Positions 42,647-59,780 of a stretch of 64,000 bases of DNA are shown in pieces. Made by a program: the position numbers and the translations under genes. The first letter of the stretch is position 1. Every line of letters begins with the position of its first letter. Under the pieces are notes generated by a model. The model was given only the letters and a program-made list of their open reading frames with translations. It was not told the origin of the DNA and did not search any database. The stretch is from the human T2T-CHM13v2.0 reference genome, Homo sapiens: NCBI RefSeq assembly GCF_009914755.1, contig NC_060936.1. One strand, written 5' to 3'.

Positions 42647-44677
42647 TAAACCCCTCTTTAAAAATGTCAGTAAATCCTTTTAAGAAATTATTTTTGTAAT
42701 TTTTTTCCAGAATTATATAGTTGGGATTTGGGTCTTTTGGGATTGTTATTTTTGGAATTTTTAGACTTTAGGAACTTTGATCTTTGAGGATTTCAACATT
42801 TGGGATTATGGCATTTGGGATTGTGTCTTTTGGGATTATAGCCCAAATCCCTTTGGGTTGCTTAATGAGGATTTAAGGGTTTTTTGTTTGTTTGTTTTTT
42901 CTCTTTCTGTGTAGTTACTGATGAGCCTTAGGGCTCAGACAGTGATGAGAAAGTCAAAATAAGAATCATGAAAAAACCAGGTTGCTTTTCTTTTGTATTT
43001 GCTGAGCATTAGAATAATGTTTCTGTTTTCAAGTAAAAATGTAGCATAAAGAGATACCATAATCCACATTTTGGTTCATTTGGGTGGTTTAATTTGGGTG
43101 TAATGGGATTTGCTTATATTCTACCCGGTGATAAATGTGACACCATAAACCAGCCTGGAGCTTTCTTGTGTAAACAAAAGACCAGAGAAATTAGCATTAG
43201 GACGAACAGCATTTATAAAACGCGATTAGCTTTTGAAGTAGATTTAGATCCTATTCTCTAAATTGTAAAAATCCTCCACTTCTGCCTTTTCTCAGCTCTG
43301 TTATCTGCTGAATTCAATGCTGTAAACACAAAAGTGCTCCATAAATATACTCTGGTGATGACAGACTTGGATATAAAAGCAAAATGGTACTTAAAATTGC
43401 TCAAGTAAGTTGGTTATAGTTAGATTTTTTAAAGGCCATGGTGGTATACTTTGGTAGAATCCCCAGCTTTCTTTAAATGATGACGAAAGGTAGCCAGTGC
43501 TGTCTCTGTTATGCCCCTGAGTGTCTAATATAAAAATGAATTAGGAGAAAAGGGCCAGGAGACCTAGCAGAGAGCTTTGTTCTGGCAGGATGCAGGGTGG
43601 AATAATTCTGAAAATTCTCCATGAGTAATCATCCATTGATAAGCTATCATACCCTCCTCAAAAAGGGCACAGGTAGGACTGTATTAACTTGCTGTGTGAA
43701 ATAATAAATTACCATGTCCCATCAGGCACATTATAACTGCATTGGTGGGTTTTAGCAACGTCCCTTCCCTGAGAGCTCAACATGAATGCTCTATGAATGA
43801 TGGCTGAGCTCTGAGACTCCTCACAACCTTTCTTATATAAAGTTGGTAACCCATAAAACTACCATTCCTTTAAAAAATGACCAATTTTGAACAGATTTGT
43901 AAGAAAGGGAACCTTTACTTTTGCAAAATCGTATTAATGTGAGTAGGGAGAAGGTTGGAAGGGAAATCATGCTGAAATATTACTATCTCAATACTGTTTG
44001 AAGACTAAAACTAGGAATAATTATACCTAACACATTCTTTAGGGATTCTTTATTTTCATAGAAATTTTGCTTAAACTAAGGTCCCAGATAGGATTTTCCA
44101 AGTTGTGTTTAGAGGTTGCTTGGCTATTCTTCAAAAGGCATGAGGCTGGTTTATTGGCAGTTTATGTTTGGATTTTCATAGCAAATATAAAATAGTTGGC
44201 ACTGCAAATGTGTGAGTGTGTGTGACGGGTGGGAGTGGGGAGGGATATATTGTTCTCTCTAGCAATTTGCAGATTCATCTGCCTGTGCAAAACCACTTCT
44301 CTCTGTGAGGGATGACTGTATATATCTATATTTTTAGTATTTTTAGATTTTGGCCCCCTTTATTAATTCACTTTTGTCTCCAATGAGAGTGTTTCTTGCA
44401 ATCCTTCTGCCTTTATATGTGCTTTGTAAACCAATAGAGAATGAGAGCAAAATGAGCAAATGTCTCGATTGCAAACTGTTCATCAGCTTCCTTTTTTAAG
44501 ACAAATTTCACTTCTTACTTTCTGTACAGTTTGGAGACCTCTTTTTTAAAATTTTTTTTCTTTCTTTTTTTATTTTATTATTATTATACTTTAAGTTTTA
44601 GGGTACATGTGCACAATGTGCAGGTTTGTTACATACGTATACATGTGCCATGCTGGTGTGCTGCACCCATTAACTCG

Positions 44678-48614
<3,937 letters not shown>

Positions 48615-48677
48615 TATGATGTTAGCTGGTTATTTTGCTCATTAGTTGATGCAGTTTCTTCCTAGCCTTGATGGTCT

Positions 48678-49689
48678 TTACATTTTGGCATGTTTTTGCA
48701 GTGGCTCGTACCGGTTGTTCCTTTCCATGTTTAGTGCTTCCTTCAGGAGCTCTTTTAGGGCAGGCCTGGTGGTGACAAAATCTCTCAGCATTTGTTTGTC
48801 AGTAAAGGATTTCATTTCTCCTTCACTTATGAAGCTTAGTTTGGCTGGATATGAAATTCTGGGTTGCAAATTCTTTTCTTTAAGAATGTTGAATATTGAC
48901 CCCCACTCCCTTCTGGCTTGTAGAGTTTCTGCCGAGAGATCTGCTGTTAGTCTCATGGGCTTCCCTTTGTGGGTAACCCAACCTTTCTCTCTGGCTGCCC
49001 TTAACATTTTTTCCTTCATTTCAACTTTGATGAATCTGACAATTATGTGTCTTGGAGTTGCTCTTCTCGAGGAGTATCTTTGTGGCATTCTCTGTATTTC
49101 CTGAATCTGAATGTTGGCCTGCCTTGCTAGATTGGGGAAGTTCTCCTGGATAATATCCTGCAGAGTGTTTTCCAACTTGATTCCATTCTCCCCGTCACTT
49201 TCAGGTACACCAATCAGACATAGATTTGGTCTTTTCACATAGTCCCATATTTCTTGGAGGTTTTGTTCATTTCTTTTTATTCTTTTTTCTCTAAACTTCC
49301 CTTCTCACTTCATTTCATTCATTTCATCTTCTATCACTGATACCCTTTCTTCCAGTTGATCACATCGGCTCCTGAGGCTTCTGCATTCTTCACGTAGTTC
49401 TTGAGCTTTGGCTTTCAGCTCCGTCAGCTCCTTTAAGGACTTCTCTGCGTCGGTTATTCTAGTTATCCATTCGTCTAATTTTTTTCACAGTTTTTAACTT
49501 CTTTGCCATTGGTTTGAATTTCCTCCTGTAGCTCAGAGTAGTTTAATCGTCTGAAGCCTTCTTCTCTCAGCTCGTCAAAGTCATTCTCCATCCAGATTTT
49601 TTCCATTGCTGGTGAGGAGCTGTGTTCCTTTGGAGGAGGAGAGGTGCTCTGCTTTTTAGTTTCCGGTTTTTCTGTTGTTTTTTCCCCAT
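48678..49689 (-). pseudogene. L1 ORF1, frameshifted; only the C-terminal 186 codons are open
   Basis: ATGGGG at 49689; 1012-nt span is not a multiple of 3; RPNL..IGVPE...RISYPAKLSF motifs. Confidence 0.93.
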
Positions 49690-50282
49690 CTTTGTGGTTT
49701 TATCTACTTTTGGTCTTTGATGATGGTGATGTACAGAAGGGTTTTTGGTGTGGATGTCCTTTCTGTTTGTTAGTTTTCCTTCTAACAGACAGGACCCTCA
49801 GCTGCAGGTCTGTTGGAGTTTGCTAGAGGTCCACTCCAGACTCTGTTTGCCTGGGTATTAGCAGCGGTGGCTGCAGAACAGTGGTGGCTATAGAACAGTG
49901 GATCTTGGTGAACCGCAAATGCTGCTGCCTAATCGTGCCTCTGGAAGTTTTGTCTCAGAGGAGTACCTGGCCGTGTGAGGTGTCAGTCTGCTCCTACTGG
50001 GGGGTGCCTCCCAGTTAGGCTGCTTGGGGGTCAAGGACCCACTTGAGGAGGCAGTCTGCCCAGTCTCAGATCTCCAGCTGCGTGCTGGGAGAACCACTAC
50101 TCTCTTCAAAGCTGTCAGACAGGGACATTAAAGTCTGCAGAGGTTACTGCTGTCTTTTTGTTTGTCTGTGCCCTGCCCCCAGAGGTGGAGCCTACAGAGG
50201 CAGGCAGGCCTCCTTGAGCTGTGGTGGGCTCCACCCAGTTCGAGCTTCCCGGCTGCTTTGTTTACCTAATCAAGCCTGGGCA

Positions 50283-50537
50283 ATGGCAGGCACCCCTCCC
50301 CCAGTCTCGCTGCTGCCTTGCAGTTTGATCTCAGACTGCTGTGCTAGCAATCAGCGAGACTCTGTGGGCATAGGACCCTCTGAGCCAGGTGCGGGATATA
50401 ATCTGCTGGTGTGCCGTTTTTTAAGCTCGTTGGAAAAGCGCAGTATTAGGGTGGGAGTGACTCGATTTTCCAGGTGCCGTCTGTCACCCCTTTCTTTGAC
50501 TAGGAAAGGGAACTCCCTGACCCCTTGCACTTCCTGA
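50283..50537 (+). CDS. ORF0: LINE-1 antisense ORF0 homolog, 84 aa, open
   Basis: MAGTPPPVSLLPCSLISDCCASNQRDSVG... matches primate L1 ORF0; gcaATGG Kozak context; expression unknown. Confidence 0.6.
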   Translation: MAGTPPPVSLLPCSLISDCCASNQRDSVGIGPSEPGAGYNLLVCRFLSSLEKRSIRVGVTRFSRCRLSPLSLTRKGNSLTPCTS

Positions 50538-51089
50538 GTGAGGCAATGCCTTGCCCTGCTTCGGCTCGCACATGGTGCGCTGCACCCACTGTCCTGCACC
50601 CACTGTCTGGCACTCCCTAGTGAGATGAACCCGGTACCTCAGATGGAAATGCAGAAATCACCCGTCTTCTGCGTTGCTCACGCTGGGAGCTGTAGACCGG
50701 AGCTGTTCCTATTTGGCCATCTTTCAGTTTGGAGACCTCTTAACACTTGGAGTCAGTCCTAGATCTGCTGCATGCTTTAGCTGTTCCTCTTACCTTTCAC
50801 AATAATGCCTTGTTGTTTTTTTTATTCATGCAGATTTATGCTAATGATTATTTGCTATGCAAATATTTCAATTTAGTACTTATGGTAGAGAAAGCACTGA
50901 CCAGCAGACCTGAAATTGAAGCTTAGCTCAGCTTTTAACTGTGAGACTTCATGTGTTTTACTTCAGCTCTCTGGGACATAGTTTTCACATCTGTAGAATG
51001 AACATTGTAGTAATTGTCTCTTAGAACTGTGATGATAATTCAGTAATTGAAAAGTTTAATAGTCTGAAACCTAATATAGGAATTAGGCA

Positions 51090-51515
51090 CGTAGCAGAGG
51101 CTGCTCTATGTCCACCCCAATTCTCTCTCATCTTCTTCCCTAGTAATGGAGTTCTGTCTGGATCCAGACTGGGACTATATTTTGTGGCCTCTCTTGCAGC
51201 TAGATGTGACCTTGTGTTTAGGCTCTTGCCAGAGGAATAATTTAATTTCATTTACCTTGTGAGATATCTCTTACCCAGGACTTCAGCTTGTCTTCTTTCT
51301 GATGGACTGACTGGAAGGGCTATTATTAGAGTGACTTTGAAGGCCAAGTATCTTTAGACCAGTTCTCTGAATTGAATTGTGGAGCAGAGCTGTCAGCTGA
51401 TCTAGAACACCTGTCCTGAGCCATTGGGTGAAAAAAAAAGATTTCTATTTTGTTTGGGCCTTTGCACTTTGAAGTCTACTTGTAACAGCAGTTTAGCTTA
51501 CCATAGCTAATACCA
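51090..51515 (+). mobile_element. MaLR LTR (MLT1J/K-like)
   Basis: ctctcttgcagctagatgtgacc...ttgtaacagcagtttagc...ctaatac. Confidence 0.6.
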
Positions 51516-52469
51516 GCATTGTTCTTGAGTCCATGTTGATAGAGATTCACAAAGTCATAGAACTGGAAGGAGCCCTAGAGGTCATCTTGCAAACAAACAA
51601 ACAAACAAACAAACAAACAAAAATGCTTGGAAAGAAAATAACTTTTACTTGGCCATAAAACAAATGAATTACACAATTGGAATAAAATCTAATTTTCATT
51701 ACACAACATTGTCTCTTTGTAGAGTGTGTGATAAACATGGAATCTAATCCCTACGAGATAGTATATGCAGAACATATGAATAGATCCCAAAAGTGCTTCT
51801 GTAAACTTTTTGTAACTCCCGTAGGAATGGCAAATTAGAGAAGCACATAGACTCTTACCCAACCTTTTACACGAGATTTGAGTGGATAAGCAGGCCCTTA
51901 TAGAACACAAACTTTGGGGCTTCTTTTTCATCAGTCCCTGAGCTGGAGGGTCCATGTATCAGATGAAGGGGCACATCCCTTTGGTTCTGTGTGAGAACAG
52001 CCTTAGGGAAAAATGACCAACCTAGCAGCAGTGCTGGGTATGTTTTAGTCACAGCTTCTGAAGCTTGTGTGCTCAAAAAGATTGATCTAAAATGGCTTCT
52101 CGAAACATAATCCAACAAGAGAGAGACAAGATTATGTTTTTAGCATTTGAACCTGAACATGCTCACTCTGTTTTAAAAGGTCTTATGGGACTGAAAAAGC
52201 TCAGGGAAACAGAAGTCGCTGTTCTCATTAAAGGAGAGAGGTATTTTTATTCATTGTTTTTATTCACATCAGTTAATTTAACATGCCTTGAAGGGCCTCT
52301 TCCAGGGTAGCGGTATTAAAGTAGCAGCTTACTCACTGATTATAAACAAACATTAGTCAAGTTTACTTACAGAAGTTGGTGCATGGATAAAAAGCAAAAG
52401 AATTACCTCCTACCTGACAGATGGAATGAGTCCCAAAGGTCTCTTTTGGTCTTGTGACAATATGCCATT

Positions 52470-52850
52470 TAAGAAACTTGGAATGAAATCCAAACTGTTT
52501 AACCGTGACTTGTAAATGTCTCCATGATCTGGTCTGTACCCACTCTCATCTCAAGACCCTCTTATCCTCGGCTTGCTACTGAGATGCCTCATCCCAGCAG
52601 TCTTTTTGTTCTACAACCACAACCTCTTTCATGCTGCAGGGCTTTGCACATGCTATTCATACAGCCAACTACTCCTTCTCTTCTTGGGTCTCAACTTAAA
52701 TATCACCTCCCTTAGAGATGTCTTTCTTGACCACCTACAAAAGGAAGGCTCACTCTGTTTTTCCTACACTTTAGTTTATTTCCTTCAAACCATTTATAGA
52801 AATTAATTTATGTCTGCTTATTTATTTTATGCTAGTATTAATCTCTTCCT
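52470..52850 (+). mobile_element. L2 fragment
   Basis: aaatccaaact...ccatgatctggtc...agggctttgcacatgct...tctcaacttaaatatcacctcc. Confidence 0.65.
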
Positions 52851-55794
52851 CTGAATGGTAACTTAATTGGCTAATTAAGCCATTTTGACCATAAAAGGGG
52901 CAAAGTTTAATCCAGGATGGTCTGAAAACTCTATGTTGAAGCAAAGCCAGAGGTTAGGTAAGGAGAAATTGAAACTGAGAGACTAGGAATGCAGAGTGGG
53001 ATTAGTGACATGAATAGGGTTTTTTTTTTTTTTTTTGGAATGGCAGACAGGCTGAGGTGGACTCCCAAATATAGATCAGTCTAGTAGCGAGGTTGGAAAA
53101 GAAGCCTAAAGAGATCCAGAACCTGAGAAGAAGCTAGTAAAGTAAAAGCCAAGGCAAGGAAAGAGGCAAAGTCTCAGACAGACTGACTGAGATTCATGTC
53201 TATGTTCAACTCTTTAGCAAGCATCTCAGGACTTGCCTTGATAGCCATGCTCAAGACTATTCTCAGTATCTCTTAGGGCGATCGTAGTGGATGTTGTTCC
53301 TCTGGGTAAGTGACTTCACCTCCCTTGGGAGGCGATGTGATTTGTCTTTGGGTCAAACAGCTGGAAAGTGATTCTTTCATCTGTCTAGTATTACCCCAAC
53401 CAGTTCTTAACTCTGTGCCTGTACCCCAACAATAAGATGTTTTCCTAAATCCTTGCTAGCTGATTTCCTTGACAGCAGTTTTGCACCTTTGGTCTAGAAA
53501 CAGTTTATAAACCTTGGGCTGCCCTTCACCTTCCTCAAATTCTGAGCACTCTATGCCCCATCCATACACCAAAACCCTGTTCAGGCTTTGCTTCTTTTCA
53601 CCAAAATTTACCCTTGCCTCCTGGAAGAGGAACCCAGGAATCCTGCTGGTTTGCAGTCTGCCCTCTAGTGCAGATAATTCTCCGTAGACGCTGCCTTTCT
53701 GTTGTTATAGTAACGGCAGATGTGCCTTCTGGAATGTTATGTTTCCTGGGAACACTGTTGGGAGGATCAAAAGAGAGATTTACTTGATCCCAGGTCCATT
53801 TCAAATTAAAAAAAAAAAATTCTGCACCCACAACTGTATTTGTTTTCCTGCCTTACAGAAGCCAGGAGAAATTGACAGAGTAGTAGAACCAAATCTTGAC
53901 AAGAAGCAGGACATGGAACATGATGAAATCTGATATCTAGCATGTTCTACTTTACTAAAGAAAACACAATGCTCATAATTTAGCTGTACTTTGGTTATCA
54001 GGATAAATTATGCAATAAAATATATGGGTATAATGGAAACTTCAAAAGCGACAAATAGATGATAAATGATATAAAAGTAGATTATTGTGCTTAGCTTCGA
54101 TTCTAATGCTTGTAAAATGAATGAAACAATGTGTTTATATGCAGAAAGTCATATTATCATAAATATATTTGCTAAAACAGGAAGCATAAATTGTGGTTAA
54201 ATTTCCTAATGTCTGATGGTATGCTTGAATGTTTCTTTGTGATTAAATGTAAACAATTGCTCCTTTAAGGTAAAGGTCTGTGTATATGTGATTAATCAGA
54301 TTAAAATGAAAGTGCAGACAGCTCACGGATGCCTAGTTATCAGAATGATTGATTTTAGACTGTACTTGTAGGTGAAGAAATATCTGTTAATAATCTCAAA
54401 CCCCTGATGTCACTGATAGCTCAATGATTTGTGCACATTCTGCATTATAGAGCTCATTTGCAGGTTTAGGGGCTACACAATGATCCATTGGATCGCAAAA
54501 TTATAACATGAAAAAAGTGACATCCAGATTTATGCAAACGTTATGACTGCAAAGTGCATTTCATCAGTGAGAAGTTTAAAATTGCTGCTGTTGTAGCTGT
54601 CACAGGCATCTTATTTTCTTTGGTTTGTGTGTAGGCAAGACTGTCAAGCTTTTATCACACAAACTGGTGTTTTTGTGTACTATCGCTCTCCTCCTGCTGG
54701 TGACAGCCAGTCTCTGAACCGAGTTGTTATTAAGTCTTCAGCTTTAAGATAGTACTTGACTAACTTGTTTGAATTACATTTGATCATAAACACCTTAATG
54801 TTTTACTGGGTATAAAAGATTCAGAACAAAATAGGAAAACAGCTCTGTAGTAAGGATTGGTGGATTGCTGGTGTTGCTCTTCATCACTACAGGGAAAATG
54901 ATGTTGAACTTCGAATTCTCAGTTCTGGGTCTTCTCAAAATAAAGCCCTGGGGTTAGCAGGAGACTTTGCATGTAAGACTTGGGTGTCTACCCCATGCTG
55001 TAATCCTGATTTTCTAGACCTGGCCACCGTATCATCAGATTGTGAGACACTCTGCCCTGCATCTTTCTGCCAAGAAACTTGCTCTTCTCACAGCTACTAA
55101 GACGTTTGTTTCTGGAGGCATGTTGGTCCAAAATGTCTAGGGGAATGAATTTATTTACTACTGACCTTCTTTCAGATTAAAATAATTTTTTTTCCCTTAC
55201 AACCAATTGTGTTGGGTTTCTTGCTCTGAAGAAACTGGGAAAAATGGGCAGAGTAATAGAGGCAAGTATTGGCAAGAAGGCTGTGGGCTATTTGTATGAT
55301 GAAATCTCATACCTAATATGTTCTACCTTTGTGCAAGGGAATGTAATGCTAGTAATTTACCTGTACTTTGATTGCTAGGGTATATTGTGAGGTAAAATAT
55401 ATGGATAGAAGGGAAATGTCAAATGCTGCAAATAGCAGAGCTAAATGGATTCATTTATTTAGCTTCAATTCTAATACTTGTTAAATGAATAAAGCATTGT
55501 ATTCAGAACCCCTTCCTTAGAAGATCCCATACAATTGTGTCTGGCACAATACCCAGCCTACAACAGGCACTCCATAAATAGGAGTTATTATTGTTATTAC
55601 TGTTATTATTATTACAGGCAAAAATGAATATAGTTATAATATGCACATTTATCTGGTGAATATAGGCCAGAACAAGATCACCAGAGTAAATGATTGTCCC
55701 CAGAGAAACCCACACGTATGGCACAAGTGGACTCCTTCCAGAGCTTGCCTGGCTTGGCTCTTAAATAGCTTTTGTTAAGCCTGACCCAAATCTC

Positions 55795-55996
55795 CAGGAC
55801 TATAGTATCCAGTGCAGTAGCTACTAGCCACATATGGCATTTACATTTAATGAAAATTTAATAAAATTAAAAATTCATTTTTTCAGTTGCATGAGCCACA
55901 TTCCAAGTGCTCAGTAGCCACATGTGGGTAGTGGCTACCAGGTTGGACACACGGAGAATATTTCTATGAGAAAGAGTTGTATTGGGCAGTGCCGCT
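55795..55996. mobile_element. MER3-like hAT-Charlie element
   Basis: tagccacatatggc...caagtgctcagtagccacatgtgggtagtggctacc. Confidence 0.8.
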
Positions 55997-57161
55997 CTAG
56001 GGTAAACCTTGCAAAGAACCTAGAATTTGGAACCTGAAGTCTGCAAAATGTAGGGGGAAAAAAAAAAAAAAGCAACTATGCAATCAAGTAAGTACCAGAG
56101 CTGTTGGTGGAAAACAATTAGCAAGGAACTGAAGAAGAACAAATTGAGCCCTGTAGATGCATTTTAAAGTCCTTGGCTTCTCTTGAGTGAATCCCATGGT
56201 TGGTAGAAATGGGCAGGCTAACTGGGAGCTTTATCTATTACCATTCAGCATTGCTCTCAGCATCCTGCAGAGAAAGCCATGGGTCCCAGGAAGCTGAAAT
56301 GGAAGGAAAAACAAAAACAAAAACAAAAACAAAAACAGGGGATCATCCAGGAGAAAAGTAGTTTGTGGCAGAATGAATCTGGAACTATACGTTTTATCTT
56401 TAAAAAGTGTCCTTTTCAAACACAATGTGATTTGGGGGTTTCTTTAATGCTTCTGAATTTAATCATGCTTAGAAGGTGAGCAAACTCATTCCTGGTTACT
56501 CCTTCTTATGAGTAAGTTCCTAGTTATCCATCACATCATCATCATCATGAATTGTGTTACATTTATTAATGATACTCAATTAATCTCAAGAGTAACAAGA
56601 GGTGCATCTGTCTGAGTCTTCACAATGGCTAAAGATGCAACTAATGGCATTGCCTTCAGAATAAGTCACAAGAATTCAATACGTGTGATAGTATGTTGAC
56701 ATTCTGTCACAGAACCAGTGTGAAAATATAGGTGGCTTTTAAAGATAGTTTTCCTCCCTAAAAGTTTCTTAATTTCTTATTTTTTCAAACAATTTAAGTC
56801 ACTTCAGTTAAGGAACATTGTAGCATTCTTGCCTTGAAAGATTCCTTCATGTGTAACCTCCCAGGGAATTTAAATATAGTAAACTTTGCTGAATTTCACT
56901 AAATTGAAAACTGAAATTGTCACTTATTGGAGAATGAAGTAGATTGTATGGTATTGTCAGCATATTAAATCTTGGGTGAACGTTATAAATATTATTGATT
57001 GCTTTTAAATTAGCGAAGTGTCTGCACATTCAATATCAATTCTAGCTCAATTTTTAGAAATCAAGAAATATATTAGAATCATAATGCTGACAGGGACCTC
57101 AAATGACAATCTTATCTTTCCTCTTAGACTCTAAGTCATGCTGGATAAAAATGATTCTGGA

Positions 57162-57480
57162 GGCTGGGCGCGGTGTCTCATGCCTGTAATCCCAGCATTT
57201 TGGGAGGCTGAGGTGGGTAGATTGCTTGAGCTCAAAAGTTCAAGACCAGCCTGGGCAACATGGTGAAACCCCGTATCTACAAAAAATACAAAAATTAGCT
57301 AGGTGTGGTGGCATGTGCCTGTAGTCTCAGTGACTTGGGGAGGCTGAAGTGGGAAGATTGCTTGAGGCTTGAGCCTGGAAGGTCGAGGCTGCAGTGAGCT
57401 GTGATCGTGCCACTGTACTCCAGCCTGGACGGCAGAGCAAGACCCTGTCTCAAACAAACAAACAAACAAACAAACAAACA
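57162..57480 (+). mobile_element. AluJ, (CAAA)n tail
   Basis: J-type features (ggtcgaggctgcagtgagctgtgatc). Confidence 0.95.
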
Positions 57481-57679
57481 GGTCCTGGGAAGCTTGCTGT
57501 GAGCAGGAAGGAGGGATGGTGGAAAGACCACTGATTATGGACCCTATGACCTGTGCTCTCATCCCAGCTTTGCCACAGCTTTCCCCTAAATCCTTCAACG
57601 TCCCTGGGTCTCAGTTTCTTTATTGATAAAATGAGGGAAATGGACAACATAGTTTCATGGCACTTTCTAACTCTATCCG

Positions 57680-58275
57680 TTTTCTACTGCTCCATATAAT
57701 TTATGTATTATAAATTACCACAAATTAATGGCTTGAAACAATTCCCATGAGGCCCCAGTTGGGTTCTCTGCATAGGGTCCTTTAAGACCAAAATCAAGGT
57801 GTTGGCTGGGTTGGCCTCTTACCTGAAGACTCTGGAGAATAATTAGTTTCCATTAAGGATTAGGTTCCTCATTGTTGTAGGATTAAGGTTGCTAACTTCT
57901 TGCTGGCTGCGAGTTAGGGGACACTGTTAGCTTCTAGAGGCCACTGACATCTCTTATCCTGTGGTCTTCTCCATCTTCAAGCCAGCAACAGCAGGTGAAA
58001 TCCTTCTCATGCTTCTAATCCCTCTAGCTTTTTATCCTGTTACTAGCCCAAGAAAACACAGTGTTTTAAAAGGACTCATGTAATTAGGTTGGGCTCACCC
58101 AGATAATTTCCTTCTGGATTAAATAAAAGTCAATTGATTAGTAACCTTAATGACATCTGTGAAATGCCTTCTGCCACGTCATGTAACACAGTCAGAGGCA
58201 TGATGTCTCATCGCCGTCACTGTTGACGGAATTAGGAATATCTTAGGGAACCATTCTGGAATTTTGCCTACCACA
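57680..58275 (-). mobile_element. MaLR LTR (MLT1D/E-like)
   Basis: aaattaccacaaa..tggcttgaaacaa...aaatcaaggtgttggc...cttctagaggcc...tttgcctaccaca. Confidence 0.75.
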
Positions 58276-58859
58276 TTAACTCTAAAAATCTTAGATTCTA
58301 CATCTTCCAGGCCTGCAGAGAATGCTTTTCTATAAAGTTCTTTGCTTCTCTCTCTTCCATCTGGCAATCCTTTCCTGGTAACCAATGTTAGTTTTTCTTG
58401 CTGCAATTTAAACTCACTGCTGTCAGTCCTGCCTGTATTCTTCTGATCTTTTGAAATTTTCTGAAGTCAAGTTTTACCTTAGTCCACTCCTTAGTGCCAG
58501 GAGACAGTGGAACATTTCTAGAGCCTGTTGCTCATCGTAGCAGAGAACCAGTGCTTTCTCAGTGACATAGACAAAAGAGGCTGACCTGGCAGGATGGAGA
58601 GCAGTGGTTTAAACTGGTAGATGCTTACATGGACTGCTGTCTAAGAAGGGGCAATGTAAGAAGGGGCAATGACATCTTCTCATGTACTTAACAGTGGGCC
58701 ACAGATGAAAGGCACAGGGACGGTGCAATCCTGCCTTCATGCTTAGTGTCAGCCTTTCTTCTGTTGAGGGCATTTGTAAGGAGCCATTTTAAATGAGGTT
58801 GGCCTTTCCTCAGTCCAGCCCCTTTGTGGGATTTCAAGTGACTTAGATGGTTCTGAAAA

Positions 58860-59560
58860 TACTTTTTTATGATGATTTTTATTATATAAATAAATGAAAT
58901 AAAATCCGAAAGTACAGATGGTCCAGTAGATGAAAATAAAAATCACCTCAATCTCATAATCCAGGGGAAAACACCATTAATATTGGCTTGTGTATCTTTC
59001 TAGATATCATTCTATGGCATGTGCACAAATTAAGTTTTAAAATGATATTGTGCAACACTTACAATTTATAGTGAAAACTTTTCATGTGGATGGAGATACT
59101 TCTTTTTTAAAAGTTACAAACACAGTTTATTATAACAGCAATACAGTAAAACAAACATTTTAAACATAGGAAAAGAAAGAAAAAAGCATGTATATTCTCA
59201 CCCTAATACACAGATTTACTTACATTTTGATGATGTTTCAGTTTGCCTAAGCATTTTAAAAAGCCCTACTTGATAAAGATATTTCCATGACATTATTTTT
59301 ATATGGCTGGCTTCTAATATTTGATCTTATGAATACATTGGTATTTCTTCAATTATTTTTGCTGAACATTTAGGTTGTTTCCATTTCTCACTGTTGTAAA
59401 AAATGCCTCAGGGAACATCTGTGTAGCTAGATTTTTTAGCATATTCTTAGTTACTTAGGAGAAGCTTCTAGGCATGAAACTGTTTGGGCAGAGTAAGCAT
59501 ACATATTGAAATCTTTTGAAATATATTGGTGATGCCTTCCAATTGTATGATGCCCATTAA
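58860..59560 (-). mobile_element. Old L1ME-type fragments
   Basis: aacatttaggttgtttccattt...gaacatctgtgtagcta, typical reverse L1ME. Confidence 0.55.
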
Positions 59561-59569
59561 CTAATATGG

Positions 59570-59780
59570 TGTTATGGAAAGAACATGGTTTTATAGTGGG
59601 AAGATGGGCTGGAGTTGCTCTTTGATTATATAATTTTGATCAAATCAATTTTCCTGACCATCTCTAGCCTCACCTGTAAAATGGGACTCATAATATTCAC
59701 TCTATCTACTTCAAAGAATTATTATGCAGGTAAAGCGAGATGGTCTATGGGGAAAGTACTTTGAAAATTATAAAGTGATG
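59570..59780 (+). mobile_element. MIR
   Basis: cctcacctgtaaaatgggactcataata core. Confidence 0.7.
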
